Positions 17,321-28,500 of a DNA stretch of 64,000 nucleotides are shown in pieces (position 1 is the stretch's first letter; the number at the start of each line of letters is the position of its first letter). Both the position numbers and the translations under genes were made by a program. The notes under the pieces are model-generated. The model did no database searches. It saw nothing but the letters and a program-made list of their open reading frames with translations, and was not told the origin of the DNA. This DNA is from Candidatus Multivoradales bacterium (GTDB lineage Bacteria; Acidobacteriota; Thermoanaerobaculia; Multivoradales; J023), in NCBI GenBank assembly GCA_965248925.1, contig CBDFLE010000006.1, positions 3,401,040 to 3,465,039 on the forward strand. Direction: 5' to 3'.

Positions 17321-18347
17321 GAGACCTCCAGGTTGTGAATTCGTGATGCAGTCTCAGGTCACCGGGCTCTGGCCGCGGTTTGGCCCGCGGGTTCAGCCTT
17401 TGTTGGAAGTGTACGGACTCAGGAGTAGAAGGTTCTGGCCGGCCCATCCTCAGATGGAGTAACGGCTTCTGGACTCGGAACGGACCCATCAGGGTGGGGT
17501 ATTGGCCGTCGCTCTGGGTCGGTGCTCGCTGGCGGAAATAGTAGTCTTGGTGCGTGATACCAGATTTTGCCTGAGACTATTTGAGGAAACCGCAACGAAT
17601 CGCTGACCCAGCCTCTGCGGCAGATCAGCGAGGCGATCAACGACTTTCCCCTTGGAAATGGTGGCAGGTGATGCACTGGCCGGCGCAGTGATAGTCAGTT
17701 GCTGGGTGTCGACTGTAAGCGCACCGAGTTCCCGCGGATGACGCCGCCGATCCGCATTGCGATCGAAAACCTCCCTCGGGGCCCGAAGTGGCTGGTGACC
17801 GTACACCGGCTGGATTATTAGTTCTTGGGTTAGCAGGCCGAACCCGTCTGACCCAACCTGCAGGCGACCGGCGCACCTCAGTCCAATGGCGGCGCCAGTC
17901 ACTTCTGAGGTGGTAGGTCTTCGCTGATCAAGGCTGAGAAGCCGACTGAGACGTGGCAGGGCGAGGACATACCTGGACGCTGAGATTCAACCAATCGGGT
18001 TGTCGCGGGAGTTGGCAGTCGTTTCTCGGCCGCCCGCCTTGGCCGGTTTTGGCAGAGCGAAATCGAAACGGAAGTTTCTGCTATCCGCATGGGGGATTCC
18101 CTGATCGACTTGCGCTGTAGCCGATGTAACTCACCACGCTGTCCAGAACGCAGCAGCGCAACTCGCGAGAGTGGAGTGTCGGCTGCGATGTCTGCAAGCG
18201 ACTACTCGGACTAGTGAGAGTGGCTTGGCAGGAGCATCTCACACTAGACTAAACTCCTGGCGCCTGCCGCCCGTTGAGGCTGTTCTGACCCGAGTCGCCG
18301 TACTAATCGAGACGGGATTTCCGGCCAACGGTCCCGGTAACAGCATC

Positions 18348-18800
18348 ATGCCGATCGTGAACGAACTCGCGAGTGTCTCGAAAGCACTGGTGAGCTGTTC
18401 TGAGAGACTGGCAGATGCCCGCGACGGGCAGGCCGATCTGCGGACTCTGACCGCCACCCTAGCAGCGCGGTGCGATACGGCCCTCAATGTATGCACCGCG
18501 AACTTCCGCGAGCATCTTCTGGAGGCAGCTACGGAGAACCGCGCATTGAAGCAATCTGTGAGTAAGAAGTTGGCGACGCAAAACGGAGCCATCGAGGGGC
18601 TGGACAAGAAGTTGGATGGCGTCTCGGATGCCCTTGCTTTCGTGGGTCAAGATACGCGGGATCTTTGCCAGGGTATCGAGGTGCTGGGTCTGGTTGGTGA
18701 ATCCCAAGCCAACCGAAATGCTGCTGAGAGGATGAGGGAGTTCTTTGTGGGGTCCGACCTGAGAGTTGATCTGTCCTGCAGAAAGAGGGGCACCGGCTGA
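18348..18800 (+). CDS. hypothetical coiled-coil protein in a lower-GC patch (alternative start 18171)
   Basis: Open frame of 209 codons. Third-position GC is clearly lower than in neighbouring genes. No RBS recognised. Confidence 0.3.
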   Translation: MPIVNELASVSKALVSCSERLADARDGQADLRTLTATLAARCDTALNVCTANFREHLLEAATENRALKQSVSKKLATQNGAIEGLDKKLDGVSDALAFVGQDTRDLCQGIEVLGLVGESQANRNAAERMREFFVGSDLRVDLSCRKRGTG

Positions 18801-18849
18801 GGCGCTGCTACGCGCCTGCAGCCGAGCCAGGCCGAGGAGTCGGGTCGTC

Positions 18850-20238
18850 TCAGAGGAAGCGGTGTACGATCGGGCAGTTGATGATGATGCCCGAGGAGCC
18901 GTATTCGGTGCCGCCGGGGCCGGTGACGAAGCCGAATTCGACGAAGCTCAAGATTTGGAATTCGTCGATCAGCCGGGCACGGTAACCGGCATCGATTGCC
19001 TCTTGGGTCCATTCGCCGAGGTTGAGGTCCCACAGTGGGCTGTAGTCACCTGCAACGGTCGGAATGCCGCCGAGGGTGTTGAACGGCGGTGCGCCATCAG
19101 TGACTGCCGCTTCGAAGCCCTGGCGGTGTGGATTGTCGCAACCGCGGGGGCCGTTGGTGAAGCCGAAGATCCGCTCGACCGCGCTGAACAGGCTGTCGTC
19201 GTTGCCCACCGTAATGTCCTCGAGGCCCGGAGCATAGGTCGCCCCTTCGAGCGCCGCCGCGAGCGGCAGATTGGTTTCGGTGGAGAGATAGAGCACCGGC
19301 CGGCCGAAACTCTGACCCGGCACCAAGTCGAGGGTCACGTCGCCGGCGAAGGGCCGGATCTGCGCTACCGAGTCGTGGACTTTGGCATAGTCGACGTCGC
19401 CATTGGCCAGCCGCAGGGCGTTGGCCGGCGTCCCGAAGGCGATCACCGGCAGGTTGTAGATGTGGCCCCCGGCGTTCTCGATCCGCACCAGCGGGGTGTA
19501 GAAGCTATCGCCCACCGAGCCGGGCTGGGCGACGACCGGAGGAAACGGCGTCGGCTCGGCGGCCGCCACCACCTCGCGCACCGGTGAGAAATCGACCGTA
19601 CCCGCTTCGAAGATCAGCTCACCATCCGCCCCTAGGGTCGCGTTGCGAACACCCCGGCCGGTTTCGGCAAAAGCCAGCTTGGCTGAGAAGTTGATCCCCA
19701 GCGACTCGGCATTGGCGGCATCGGTGGTGTCGGTGGCGATAAAGAACACCGGCTCGTTGGTTCCCGCCATCCGACCGCGATAAAGGGGTAGCTGGATGGT
19801 CCGCCGCCGGGTGTCGAGCTGACCCGAGGTCAGCAGCTGGACCGGGCCCACCAGCGATGGGTTGGCGGTCGGACTCGGCACCCCGAAGTAAGTTTCCGGA
19901 ACGTTGGCGCCGATCGCCGGCGACGACGGCTCGATCCGGCAACCGGGCTGCGGCACAACTTCTTCGTCGACCTCTTCGGTTTCGCTGGTTTGGAAGAAGC
20001 TATCGGCACTCTTGGCCACCGCGCCGATTTCGGCCTGGGCCAGTCCGCGAAGCTTGAACTGGGGCAGATCACCGCCGGCAATCGCCTCCGCCATCGCTGC
20101 CTTGTCCAGCGGTGGCGAATCGGTCAGCTGCAGTGCCCTACCGGAGCCCTGGGCGAAAGCGGTCGCCGGCAGCAGTAACGCCGTGCAGGCGATCGAGACA
20201 AAGAAGAGGTTCTTGAGCGAACGAATTGGTAGGGTCAT
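18850..20238 (-). CDS. secreted hypothetical protein (462 aa)
   Basis: N-terminal signal peptide MTLPIRSLKNLFFVSIACTALLLPATAFAQ. RBS GGAGA upstream. No catalytic motif recognised. Confidence 0.7.
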   Translation of the reverse strand: MTLPIRSLKNLFFVSIACTALLLPATAFAQGSGRALQLTDSPPLDKAAMAEAIAGGDLPQFKLRGLAQAEIGAVAKSADSFFQTSETEEVDEEVVPQPGCRIEPSSPAIGANVPETYFGVPSPTANPSLVGPVQLLTSGQLDTRRRTIQLPLYRGRMAGTNEPVFFIATDTTDAANAESLGINFSAKLAFAETGRGVRNATLGADGELIFEAGTVDFSPVREVVAAAEPTPFPPVVAQPGSVGDSFYTPLVRIENAGGHIYNLPVIAFGTPANALRLANGDVDYAKVHDSVAQIRPFAGDVTLDLVPGQSFGRPVLYLSTETNLPLAAALEGATYAPGLEDITVGNDDSLFSAVERIFGFTNGPRGCDNPHRQGFEAAVTDGAPPFNTLGGIPTVAGDYSPLWDLNLGEWTQEAIDAGYRARLIDEFQILSFVEFGFVTGPGGTEYGSSGIIINCPIVHRFL

Positions 20239-20395
20239 TGAATTCTCCGAGCTAGTTTGAGTAGATCATTTGGACTCAGAGCCGACCTCGGCCCTGCGAT
20301 TCGCCACCCTAGAGAGCACAGCTCACGAAACCATGGCGAAACCTTCACCAACGATCACTTTTCGGTAACCCTTGATCAACACTGGTTCCCACGAG

Positions 20396-20429
20396 CCACG
20401 GTATTTCGTGGAGTCACGAAATACCGTGG
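20396..20429 (+). promoter_or_regulatory. 15-bp inverted repeat (CCACGGTATTTCGTGG-agt-CACGAAATACCGTGG), candidate enhancer/UAS for the downstream sigma-54 promoter
   Basis: Read directly. The arms are reverse complements (15/16). The centre lies ~115 bp upstream of the -24/-12 element. Confidence 0.4.
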
Positions 20430-20519
20430 GGGAACAGCTCAAGCCACGGCCCTGGCATACACCTACGGATTTCGCCTCAAACTACTCATTGGAAAAGGGT
20501 TGCCTCTCCTATGGCGCAG

Positions 20520-20536
20520 CTGGCACCGGCCTTGCT
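20520..20536 (+). promoter_or_regulatory. sigma-54 (-24/-12) promoter cTGGCACcggccTTGCt
   Basis: Matches TGGCAC-N5-TTGC with correct GG…GC spacing. Lies ~78 bp upstream of the grx start. A sigma-54 activator gene sits downstream in the same operon. Confidence 0.45.
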
Positions 20537-20613
20537 GTGCTCTCCTTGCGTTCACTACCGAACGCTCACAATTTGCAGCCCGGTGGAACTTACCGACCGA
20601 AAGGAAAAAAACC

Positions 20614-20865
20614 ATGAGTCATCCCAATCAGCCAGCCACCGTGTACTCCACCACCTGGTGCCCGGACTGTCACCGTGCCAAGGCATTCTTGAAATCCAAC
20701 CAAATCGACTATCGCGAGATCGATATCGAAGCTACCCCCGGCGCCGGCGATCTGATCGCCGAGCACAACGATGGCAAACAGGTGGTGCCGACTCTCGAGA
20801 TCGACGGCCGGTTCTATGGCAATCCGTCTTTACAGGAACTCGGCCAGCTGTTCGGCGTGAGCTGA
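20614..20865 (+). CDS. glutaredoxin-like protein (NrdH/mycoredoxin-type, CPDC active site)
   Basis: MSHPNQPATVYSTTWCPDCHRAKAFL… fits an ~83 aa thioredoxin fold. RBS AAGGAAAAAA upstream. Confidence 0.8.
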   Translation: MSHPNQPATVYSTTWCPDCHRAKAFLKSNQIDYREIDIEATPGAGDLIAEHNDGKQVVPTLEIDGRFYGNPSLQELGQLFGVS

Positions 20866-20920
20866 GCTGGCAGGCGCCGCCGCCCGAGTTCAAAATCAAC
20901 TAGCCCAAAGGAGGCTTCCC

Positions 20921-21948
20921 GTGTCCATTCCAATCGCAGAAACCAAGGTCGACTTCGAGGCGCTCAACTTGAGCGCTGCCGAGCACCGCCGGGTGATCAT
21001 CGTTGGTAGCGGCCCGGCGGGCTATACCGCTGCCCTCTACGCCGCTCGGGCCAGTCTCGATGTGCTGGTCCTGCGTGGCGCCGAGCCCGGTGGCCAGCTG
21101 ACCACCACTCCCGAAGTCGAGAACTACCCGGGCTTTGCCGAAGGGATCGGCGGCTTCGAGCTGATGGACCAGATCGAAGCTCAAGCCAAGCGCTTCGGTG
21201 CCGAGGTGCGCTACGGCACGGTAACGGCTGCCGATCTCGAGCAGCGGCCCTTTCGCTTGCAGGTCGACGGCAGCCAAGTCCTGCTGGCCGATGCGGTGAT
21301 TCTCTCCACCGGCGCCTCGGCACGCTACCTGGGGCTCGACAACGAGAAGCGCCTGCTGGGCCGCGGGGTCTCGGCTTGCGCCACCTGCGACGGCGCCTTC
21401 TTCCGCGACCTTGAGGTGGCGGTGGTCGGCGGCGGTGACACCGCCCTCGAAGAAGCACTATTTCTGACCCGCCTGGCCAGTCGGGTGCATCTGATCCATC
21501 GCCGTGGCGAGCTGCGCGGCTCGAAAATTCTGCAGCAGCGGCTGCTGAGCAACCCGAAGATCGAAGTTCACTGGCACCGCCGGGTCCAGGACATTCTCGG
21601 TCAGGAGCGGACCTCGGGACTGCTGCTCGAAGATCCGCGCGGCGGCACGGAGGTCGAAGAGCTTGCCGTCGACGGGGTCTTCATCGCCATCGGCCACCGG
21701 CCCAACACCGACCTGGTCAGCGGCCAACTGAAGCTCGACGGGCAAGGCTACCTGGTCACCGAAGCCGACAGCGCCCGCACTTCCCGCGCCGGCGTCTTCG
21801 CCTGCGGCGATGTTCAGGACCCGGTCTACCGCCAGGCGATCACCGCCGCCGCCAGTGGCTGTATGGCCGCCCTCGATGCCGAGCGCTGGCTGGCCGTTGA
21901 GCAGCCTGAAGCAACAAGTTCCGCGATCGATCGGGTTACGGTCGCGGC

Positions 21949-21952
<4 letters not shown>
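20921..21952 (+). CDS. trxB: thioredoxin-disulfide reductase
   Basis: FAD site [15 protein letters not shown], redox-active CATCDG, NADPH site [14 protein letters not shown]. Confidence 0.9.
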
Positions 21953-23478
<1,526 letters not shown>

Positions 23479-23655
23479 CCACCAGGACCGCGCCCTATCT
23501 GGCGTGGTTCGAGCAGCCCCAGCCCGCCCTGAACCCTAGAGCCTGCAGGCCGTACTCACCTGGCAGGAGCCCACAACATGAACGCTGAATGGCCGTAACA
23601 TCCCGCCAGCCAGGTCCGTCAACCCAACCGCAGCCAGCCGCCGTTCGGGCGTCGC

Positions 23656-25260
23656 GTGATCGGCCTGATGGCGCTGCTCAGTCTGTTCCTAGTGCCGGCG
23701 GCCGATGCCGACTCCACCGCCCTCGACCGTGCCTTCGAACGGTTCTGGGCGGCCGAGAAGCGGGGTGCGATGAGCCGCGCCAGCGAAGGGATTCTTGCCC
23801 TCGAGCCGGATTTTGCAGACCTCTTGGCGCGCCTGGAGGCCGGTCGCCCGTACTCGGATCGGGTCAAGACTGGTCGCCTGCTGCGCAGCCGCTTGACCCA
23901 CTTTCACTATCTGCTGTTGGTGCCATCGAGCTATGATCCGGCGCGGCGCTACCCACTGCGCTTCTACCTCCATGGCGGCGTCAACCGGCCCGCACCCAGG
24001 CGCCGCGATGGCTCCTGGTGGCGGGGCGACCCCGAGGCGACTGACGAGGATCATCTGGTGGTCGTACCGGTGGCTTGGAACGAGGCCATGTGGTGGCACC
24101 AAAACCAGGCGGAGAGCCTGCCTGCCATTCTCCAGGCGGTTCGCCGGGAGTACAACGTGGACGAGAACCGCACTTCGCTGCTCGGCATCTCGGACGGCGG
24201 TACCGGCGCCTATTTTCATGCCCTTACCGGCCCCACCCCGTGGGCTACCTTCGTGTCGTTGATCGGCCACGCCCGAGTGCTGGCCAACCCGACCCTGGGG
24301 GTCAACAGCCAGTTGTACAGCAGCAACCTGGCCGGGAGAGCAATCTACGCCGTCAACGGTGGCAAGGACCCCCTCTATCCGACCGCTGTCGTCGAGCCAA
24401 TGATGCGTCATTTCGCTGCCCTCGGCGCCGAGGTGGTGTTCCGCCCTAAGCCTCAGGCCGGTCACGATCTGAGCTGGCTGAGCGAAGAGCAACAAGCGAT
24501 CGAGAGCTTCTTGAACAGCCATCCACGCGATCCCCTGCCAGACCGCCTTTCCTGGGAAACCGACAATGTCAAACGCCGCGGTCGCTACCACTGGCTGCGG
24601 ATCACCGAGCTGGGCTCGACCCAAGGCGACAGCGAGCTGCCGGATCCGGATGTTTTTCCCAACCTCCCCCAGCTCAACCTCGGCTTCCTGCCCGTGCGGC
24701 AGGAGTCGAGCCTTCCCGGGGTTCTGGTGGCCTCGGTCGAACGCCGCTCAGCGTCTGCCCGGGCCGGCATCAAGCCAGGGGACCGCCTGTTGCGGGTGGG
24801 CGAAACGCCCGTCGCCGATCTGCAAGCGCTGGCGACGGAGCTCGACCGACAGGGCAACTTTGGACAGACCCTCGACCTAACCATCGATCGCCAGGGCCGG
24901 CAGTTGCAACTCACCCTGCAACTGCCGGCAGCACCGCGGGGTCAAGCGCCAGCGCAGATCTTTCCCAGAAAGCGACCCACCGGCCGGGTCGATGTGGTGC
25001 GCAACGGCTCGCACATCGCAGCTCTCAGCCGTGGTGTTCGCCGCTTCAAGCTGCTCTTGTCACCAAGGCAATTCGACCTTGCCCAGCCCATCCGAGTAAC
25101 GGTCAACGGCCGCGTGGCTTTCCACGGCCAAGTGGTGATCGATCCCGCCACCTTATTGAGACTAGCTGTGATCGACCAGGACCGCACCCAGCTCTACGCT
25201 GCCGAGTTGGAAATCGAGGTGCCGTCGATCCCGCCACCGCGGCCTGCTTCCTCCCACTGA
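23656..25260 (+). CDS. secreted alpha/beta-hydrolase (esterase) with a C-terminal PDZ domain
   Basis: Signal peptide. GxSxG 'GISDGG' with downstream D ('GGKDP') and H ('AGHDL'). PDZ-like 'GIKPGDRLLRVGETPV'. Confidence 0.7.
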   Translation: MIGLMALLSLFLVPAADADSTALDRAFERFWAAEKRGAMSRASEGILALEPDFADLLARLEAGRPYSDRVKTGRLLRSRLTHFHYLLLVPSSYDPARRYPLRFYLHGGVNRPAPRRRDGSWWRGDPEATDEDHLVVVPVAWNEAMWWHQNQAESLPAILQAVRREYNVDENRTSLLGISDGGTGAYFHALTGPTPWATFVSLIGHARVLANPTLGVNSQLYSSNLAGRAIYAVNGGKDPLYPTAVVEPMMRHFAALGAEVVFRPKPQAGHDLSWLSEEQQAIESFLNSHPRDPLPDRLSWETDNVKRRGRYHWLRITELGSTQGDSELPDPDVFPNLPQLNLGFLPVRQESSLPGVLVASVERRSASARAGIKPGDRLLRVGETPVADLQALATELDRQGNFGQTLDLTIDRQGRQLQLTLQLPAAPRGQAPAQIFPRKRPTGRVDVVRNGSHIAALSRGVRRFKLLLSPRQFDLAQPIRVTVNGRVAFHGQVVIDPATLLRLAVIDQDRTQLYAAELEIEVPSIPPPRPASSH

Positions 25261-25506
25261 TACATTAGCGGTTGGCACAGGCGTTAGCGCAAGGCGCTAC
25301 CGGCGCTCTCACTTCCGGCGACGCAGATCCGCCCCTCAATTTGCGGCCAAGTACTTGCATGGCCGGCGGCCGCCAGAACTTGAAGCGCCAGATGCCAGTT
25401 AGTCGCGGTCGCACTCACGGTTGCCACCGGTCACGAACAACTGCTGGTCGAAAGCCTGCATCGCCGTCGCGATCTTCTAATGGTGGCGTTCTGGCGGCTG
25501 GTCACT

Positions 25507-28500
25507 TCAAGGCTGATCCCTGGGCTTGCTGGCTTTTTGCGCTCCCGCCAAGCCACCCGTATCGATCTTGCGCAACGCCGCCAGCAGATCTTTCAACATA
25601 TCGAGATTCTTGAGCGTCTTATCTAGCTCATGCCGCAGCCGTTTGGCCTGGTTGCCGTCGGCGGCTTTGAGGGATTTGGCGAGGGCTTGGACGGCGGGCA
25701 GCAGGCTACTGTCGACGTTGCTGACCATGCGGGTGAGGATCTCGAGCACTCCACTGCCAAGGGTTTGAATGACTTGACCGCCTCGGGGGGCTGCTGCGAT
25801 CGGCGTTTTGCGGACTGCGCTTTGTAAAGCGCTGCCGAGACCTTTGAGGCCGTGGTCGAGGAGTCTCTGAATTTCTTTCAGGTCGACCGCTGGCGGGATT
25901 GGGGCGGGTACTTGGGTCTCTGGGGCCGGCCGCTGGCTGACCTCGGCCAGGGCGGTCAAAGTGTTGTCGAGTTTCTTGATCCAGGGTTCGAGGGCGCTGC
26001 TGAGGTCTGGCCCGGTGGATTCGGCCGCGGGTTGGGCGGCTTGGGCGGCGGCCTGGTCGAGGGTGCGAGCCAGGCTTCCTAGCTGCTCGGACATCAGGCT
26101 TAGCTGGCCGACAACGCGGCTGGTGGGGTCGTCGTCACCGCCCATCGCTTGCACGCGGGCGAAGCCGCGTTTGATTTCTTCCCAGCGTTTGCTCTGTTCC
26201 GGAGTGAGGTGGCCGCGCAGCTCGGCTAGCTTCAGCAAGTTGGCTTCGGCGCCAGAGGTCAGGGTTTGGGCCTCGCCTTGGTAGTGATCGTCGATCAACG
26301 CTTCGAGTTCGGCTTGGTTCATTACCGGCACGACCTTTTCGGCCAGTTTGTTCATGTTGCGATAGCTGCCCTGGAGTTGAAATTTGGGCTCGGTGCGGTA
26401 GGCGTCGTCTTGGGCGGCGGAGTCGATATATTGACGGTTGACCGCTAGCAGCACCTCTCGTACTCGCAGAAGTTTGCTCAGCACGCTGAGCACTTCTTCG
26501 AGCTCGACGGCGGAGTAGGGGTGGTCGAGCTGATCGGGAGTTGTCGCGCTATCACCGCCGGCCATCCGCACTAGTTTGGCAATGTCGCCGCGCTCGCGAC
26601 TGCCCAAGGGCGCTAGCACGGGGTTGGAGGTCAGGGCGTTCTCAAGGAAGCTGAGGGCAAACAGATCACCTTTGCCCGCCAGGACGTCGCCCAGGTTGTA
26701 AACATCGGCGCGGTTGGCCAGCATGTCGGGAATCTGGAATTTATCTCCGGACTCGGTGTAGGGATTGCCCGCCATGGTGATGGCGAAGCGTTTGCCACGC
26801 AGGTCGTAAGTGCGGGCGCGGTCGCGCCACACTCCTTCCATGCGACGCTGGGCGTCGCAGAGGGAAATAAACTTTTGCAATAACTCGGGGTGGGTGTGCT
26901 GGATGTCGTCGAGGTAAAGCAGTACGTTGTTGCCCATCTCTAGGGCGAAGCTGATCTTCTCGACTTCTTGGCGCGCGGTGGCATTGGGCGCTTCGGCCGG
27001 GTCGAGGGAGGTGACGCCGTGGCCCAGGGCCGGGCCGTTTATCTTTACAAATACCAGGCCGAGGCGGTTGGCGATGTACTCCATTAGCGTTGTCTTGCCA
27101 TAGCCCGGTGGCGAGATCAGCAGCAGCAGGCCCATCTGGTCGGTGCGTTTGTCCTCGCCGGTGGCGCCGAGCTGCTTGGCCAGGTTGTCGCCCACTAGCG
27201 GCAGGTAGACATCATTAATCAGCTGGTTGCGGACGAAGGCGCTCATTACTCGGGGGCGGAACTCGTCGAGGCGCAGCCGCTGTTTTTCTTCTTCTAGCAG
27301 GCGGTGGCGGAGTTCCTGGAAGCGGCGGAAGCCGGGGATATGCTGGTCGCGGAAGACGGCGGTGCGGGCCAGCAGCTCGTCGAGGCGCAAGGGCAGGCAG
27401 CGCCTCTTTATGCGCGGATGTTGGCCCAGCAGACCCTCGACGGTGGCGCTCTGCTGGGCGACCGAACTGTGGCGTTCGAGGTTGCCGTCGGTGAGCAGGG
27501 CAGTGACCGCTTCGTCGAGGGCGGGCGCCTGCTCAGCGAGTTTCGGGTCATTGGCGATCAGTGCCCCTAGCCAGGCAGTGGCTAGCTGGCGGCGCTCAGC
27601 CAGGGCGTCGCCGAGAGCTTCGAGATCGGTCAGCAAGCCCTTTTTTCCCTTGCCGAGCTCGCCTTGCAGTGCTTCGATCAAGCCTTGGGCGTCAGCGCTG
27701 AGCACGAAGCTCGGCCGCTCGACGCCGAGCACGGCGAAGAGGTAGGCGCCAGCGGTGTGGGCGTCGGCCTGGGCTAGCTCTAGGCGGTGGTCTTGGTGGA
27801 AGGTGGCAATGGCGGCGGCCAGCTCGCGGGTCAGTTCGCCGATCGCCGGGCTGTGGCGCAGAGTCTCGCGCAGCCGGGTCAGGCTGCGGGCGCGGCGATG
27901 CCAGCCGGCGGTTCTGGGATCGGCGCCCAGCTCGGCCCAGAAGAGGGCGGCGGCGGCACGAGGGCTGGCGGCAAAACGCAGCAGGCCGGCGGCGGCGCGT
28001 AGCTCGACCAGATGTTCGAGGATCCGCGCCGCGTCGTGATCGTGGACGCCGCGCTCGTAGCCCTCGTCGTAGCGTTGTCCGGCCAGTCGGCGCACCAACT
28101 CTAGTAAGCCGCCCTCTTGCAAGCGCGCCTCGCTGAGACTGTGCAGGTCGATTTCACCATCGCCCTGTTCGGCAGCGCGCAGGATCTCGCTGGCCAGGTA
28201 CTCGCCGCGGTAGACCTGGTCGTTCTCGGAGATCAAGAGCTGGTGCCAGTAGTCGCGAGCGTCGTCGATTGCCGGGTCGTCGATGGGGGCGTGGAAATCG
28301 GTGCCGGTGAGGTAGAAGGCCATCGACTCGCCGCGGGGTACCAGGGTGAGGTCGAAGGGTTGGGTGTTGACACTGAAACGGTGCCGGCCGAGCTTGATGA
28401 CGGTGGCGCCGTCTTCGAAGATGTCGCGCCGGTCGCGCATCGCCCGCGCGGCGTCTTCGCGCGCCGACTTGAGCTTCGAGGCGAGTTCTTCGGCGCGCAC

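Noticed and set aside
17489-17902. 137-aa minus-strand ORF in the ORF-poor region
   Set aside because: No RBS, Arg/Ala-rich, and GC3 not elevated. Kept only as part of the 'non-coding stretch' finding.
25276-25291. Sigma-54-like motif TGGCACaggcgTTaGC in the convergent gap between the esterase-PDZ and giant-ATPase genes
   Set aside because: One extra base disrupts the TTGC -12 element relative to the consensus spacing. It also points antisense into the 3' end of the giant gene with no downstream ORF to drive.
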